DNA of 14,577 bases, taken from IMG/VR virus record IMGVR_UViG_3300024346_001088. The stretch is one strand, 5' to 3'. Each line of letters opens with the position of its first letter. Position 1 is the first letter of the stretch. Shown here one piece after another: positions 13,970-14,577 of the stretch. Under the pieces are notes generated by a model. That model was not told the origin of the DNA. It made no database searches and worked only from the letters and a program-made list of their open reading frames with translations. Origin of the DNA: a virus. The translations under genes were made by a program, and so were the position numbers.

Positions 13970-14082
13970 AGCACGACCTAAGCCATTCGCACGGCAGTTG
14001 GTGACACACGGAAACGTGGGTAGATCGGCGCGCCCCGAATCATGCAAGACGAAATGAAACGGGCAAAGCGTCGAGGCGAGCC

Positions 14083-14102
14083 GTAAACATAATCGGCTTA
14101 GT
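14083..14102 (+). repeat. Imperfect direct repeat, copy B
   Basis: See copy A; the copies are spaced ~130 bp apart. Confidence 0.6.
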
Positions 14103-14204
14103 GAGTGCAAAGGGAACCAGGTTGGGCAATCTGGTGGGTGGAGCATTCACACATCTCTTGACCTGCCAGATGACATACAGTTAACAAACAAAGAAAGCAC
14201 CGAC

Positions 14205-14291
14205 ATGAACCCGACAACAAACACAACTCACATCAACCGAGGACAAGGCGCGCAAGCGCCGCGTCAGCGCAAGCGAAGCGCGCGAGCATGA
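14205..14291 (+). CDS. Possible 28-codon upstream ORF / leader peptide coupled to the HNH start
   Basis: Translation: MNPTTNTTHINRGQGAQAPRQRKRSARA. Its stop TGA (14289-14291) overlaps the HNH ATG (14288-14290) as ATGA, the same coupling device used elsewhere in the genome. The SD is weak. Confidence 0.25.
   Translation: MNPTTNTTHINRGQGAQAPRQRKRSARA
14247..14260 (+). promoter_or_regulatory. GC hairpin with GNRA-type loop (GGCGC-GCAA-GCGCC) in the leader of the HNH-terminase gene
   Basis: 5 G:C pairs and a GCAA loop. GCGCAAGCG recurs at 14250-14258 and 14267-14275. A second GCGC/GCGC stem lies at 14267-14281, just before the start codon. Confidence 0.3.
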
Positions 14292-14577
14292 CACGCAAAC
14301 TAACCGAACACGACACAGCGATTTACAAACAGGCACGCGCTGAACTCCTGCGCGACCAACCGTTATGTCATTGGTGCAAGAAGAATCCTGCTTGCGAGTT
14401 AGATCATCTCGTTGAGAGTGACAAAGGTGGCACGCTCGAAGATGGCTACGTCGCAGCATGCAAGAGTTGCAACTCTGCAAGAGGGGCGTCTTATCGCAAT
14501 CGCAAACTCGCAAACGCAAAACAAAATCGCGAGAAAGCAATTAACGATTTTTTATATGCAAACGAAATGCCCCCGAA
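14288..14577 (+). CDS. HNH endonuclease (open at the window end; continues in frame into terL after circular closure)
   Basis: Translation: MTRKLTEHDTAIYKQARAELLRDQPLCHWCKKNPACELDHLVESDKGGTLEDGYVAACKSCNSARGASYRNRKLANAKQNREKAINDFLYANEMPP. It has the CxxC ... DH ... CxxCN beta-beta-alpha-Me signature. No stop codon occurs before 14577. No ATG, GTG or TTG is available upstream in this frame back to TGA 14171-14173. Confidence 0.85.
   Translation, partial: MTRKLTEHDTAIYKQARAELLRDQPLCHWCKKNPACELDHLVESDKGGTLEDGYVAACKSCNSARGASYRNRKLANAKQNREKAINDFLYANEMPP
14554..14577. repeat. Terminal direct repeat, copy 2 (identical to 1-24)
   Basis: Same 24-mer as the window start. It lies inside the open reading frame that links HNH to the terminase. 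Confidence 0.9.

Larger units (their letters stand above)
13957..14287 (+). other. Only long non-coding region of the genome; candidate location for cos/pac, promoter(s) and origin
   Basis: 331 bp with no credible ORF apart from a 28-codon uORF. It lies immediately upstream of the HNH-terminase gene and contains direct repeats, a G-rich tract (14120-14143), an A/C-rich tract (14183-14240) and GC hairpins. Confidence 0.5.

Noticed and set aside
13450-13974. 174-aa ORF on the minus strand, the longest antisense ORF in the window
   Set aside because: It lies wholly antisense to two overlap-coupled plus-strand genes, one with a clear VRR-NUC signature. Its translation is Cys/His/Trp/Leu-rich and not protein-like, it has no SD, and no other minus-strand gene exists in this genome.
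14042-14086. 14-codon ORF (MQDEMKRAKRRGEP) in the non-coding region
   Set aside because: It is too short and has no SD. It is noted only because its stop lies within direct-repeat copy B.
14158-14186. TTGACC (14158-14163) as the -35 box of a promoter for the HNH-terminase gene
   Set aside because: Seventeen nt downstream the hexamer is TTAACA, a poor -10. The TANNNT-like TACAGT has only a 12-nt spacer. It cannot be supported from sequence alone, so only the region as a whole is flagged.
14181-14540. 119-aa minus-strand ORF at the right end
   Set aside because: It is antisense to the HNH endonuclease ORF, which has an unmistakable CxxC..DH..CxxCN motif. The product is Cys/Arg/Leu-rich low-complexity sequence.
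1-14577. Scan for tRNA genes, CRISPR repeats, transposase/IS ends, integrase, toxin-antitoxin pairs or known defence/anti-defence genes
   Set aside because: No cloverleaf-compatible sequence was seen in the only non-coding region. No regularly spaced repeats and no recognisable catalytic motifs of these families were seen in any frame.

Overview
The window looks like a complete, circularly closing genome of a very small tailed phage. The first 24 nt are identical to the last 24 nt, giving a unit length of about 14,553 bp. The phage is siphovirus-like with HK97-type head genes. All credible genes lie on the + strand and are tightly packed; 13 gene junctions are 1- or 4-nt stop/start overlaps (ATGA, TAATG, TAGTG). 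Gene order: large terminase, portal, prohead protease fused to major capsid protein, adaptor and neck proteins, major tail protein, tail chaperone with a canonical -1 slippery heptamer, an HK97 gp10-like protein, tape measure, Dit-like minor tail protein, a small receptor-binding candidate, and an XkdW-like protein. Next comes a lysis cassette: three small membrane proteins, an M15 zinc peptidase, and a signal-peptide SLT transglycosylase. Then follow an AT-rich HTH gene, a zinc-ribbon protein, a possible annealase, a VRR-NUC nuclease, one 331-bp non-coding region and an HNH endonuclease. The most unusual points: (1) the HNH ORF has no stop codon and, after end-joining, runs in frame into the large terminase, and no small terminase is recognisable; (2) a strong internal SD plus in-frame ATG sits at the protease/capsid boundary, suggesting nested products; (3) no polymerase, primase, helicase, integrase or repressor is present; (4) the lysis module is unusually elaborate for so small a genome. 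No tRNA, CRISPR array or transposase was seen. Functional calls rest on motifs read by eye and on synteny. No database search was possible, so family names are hypotheses to confirm with HMM or structure searches.
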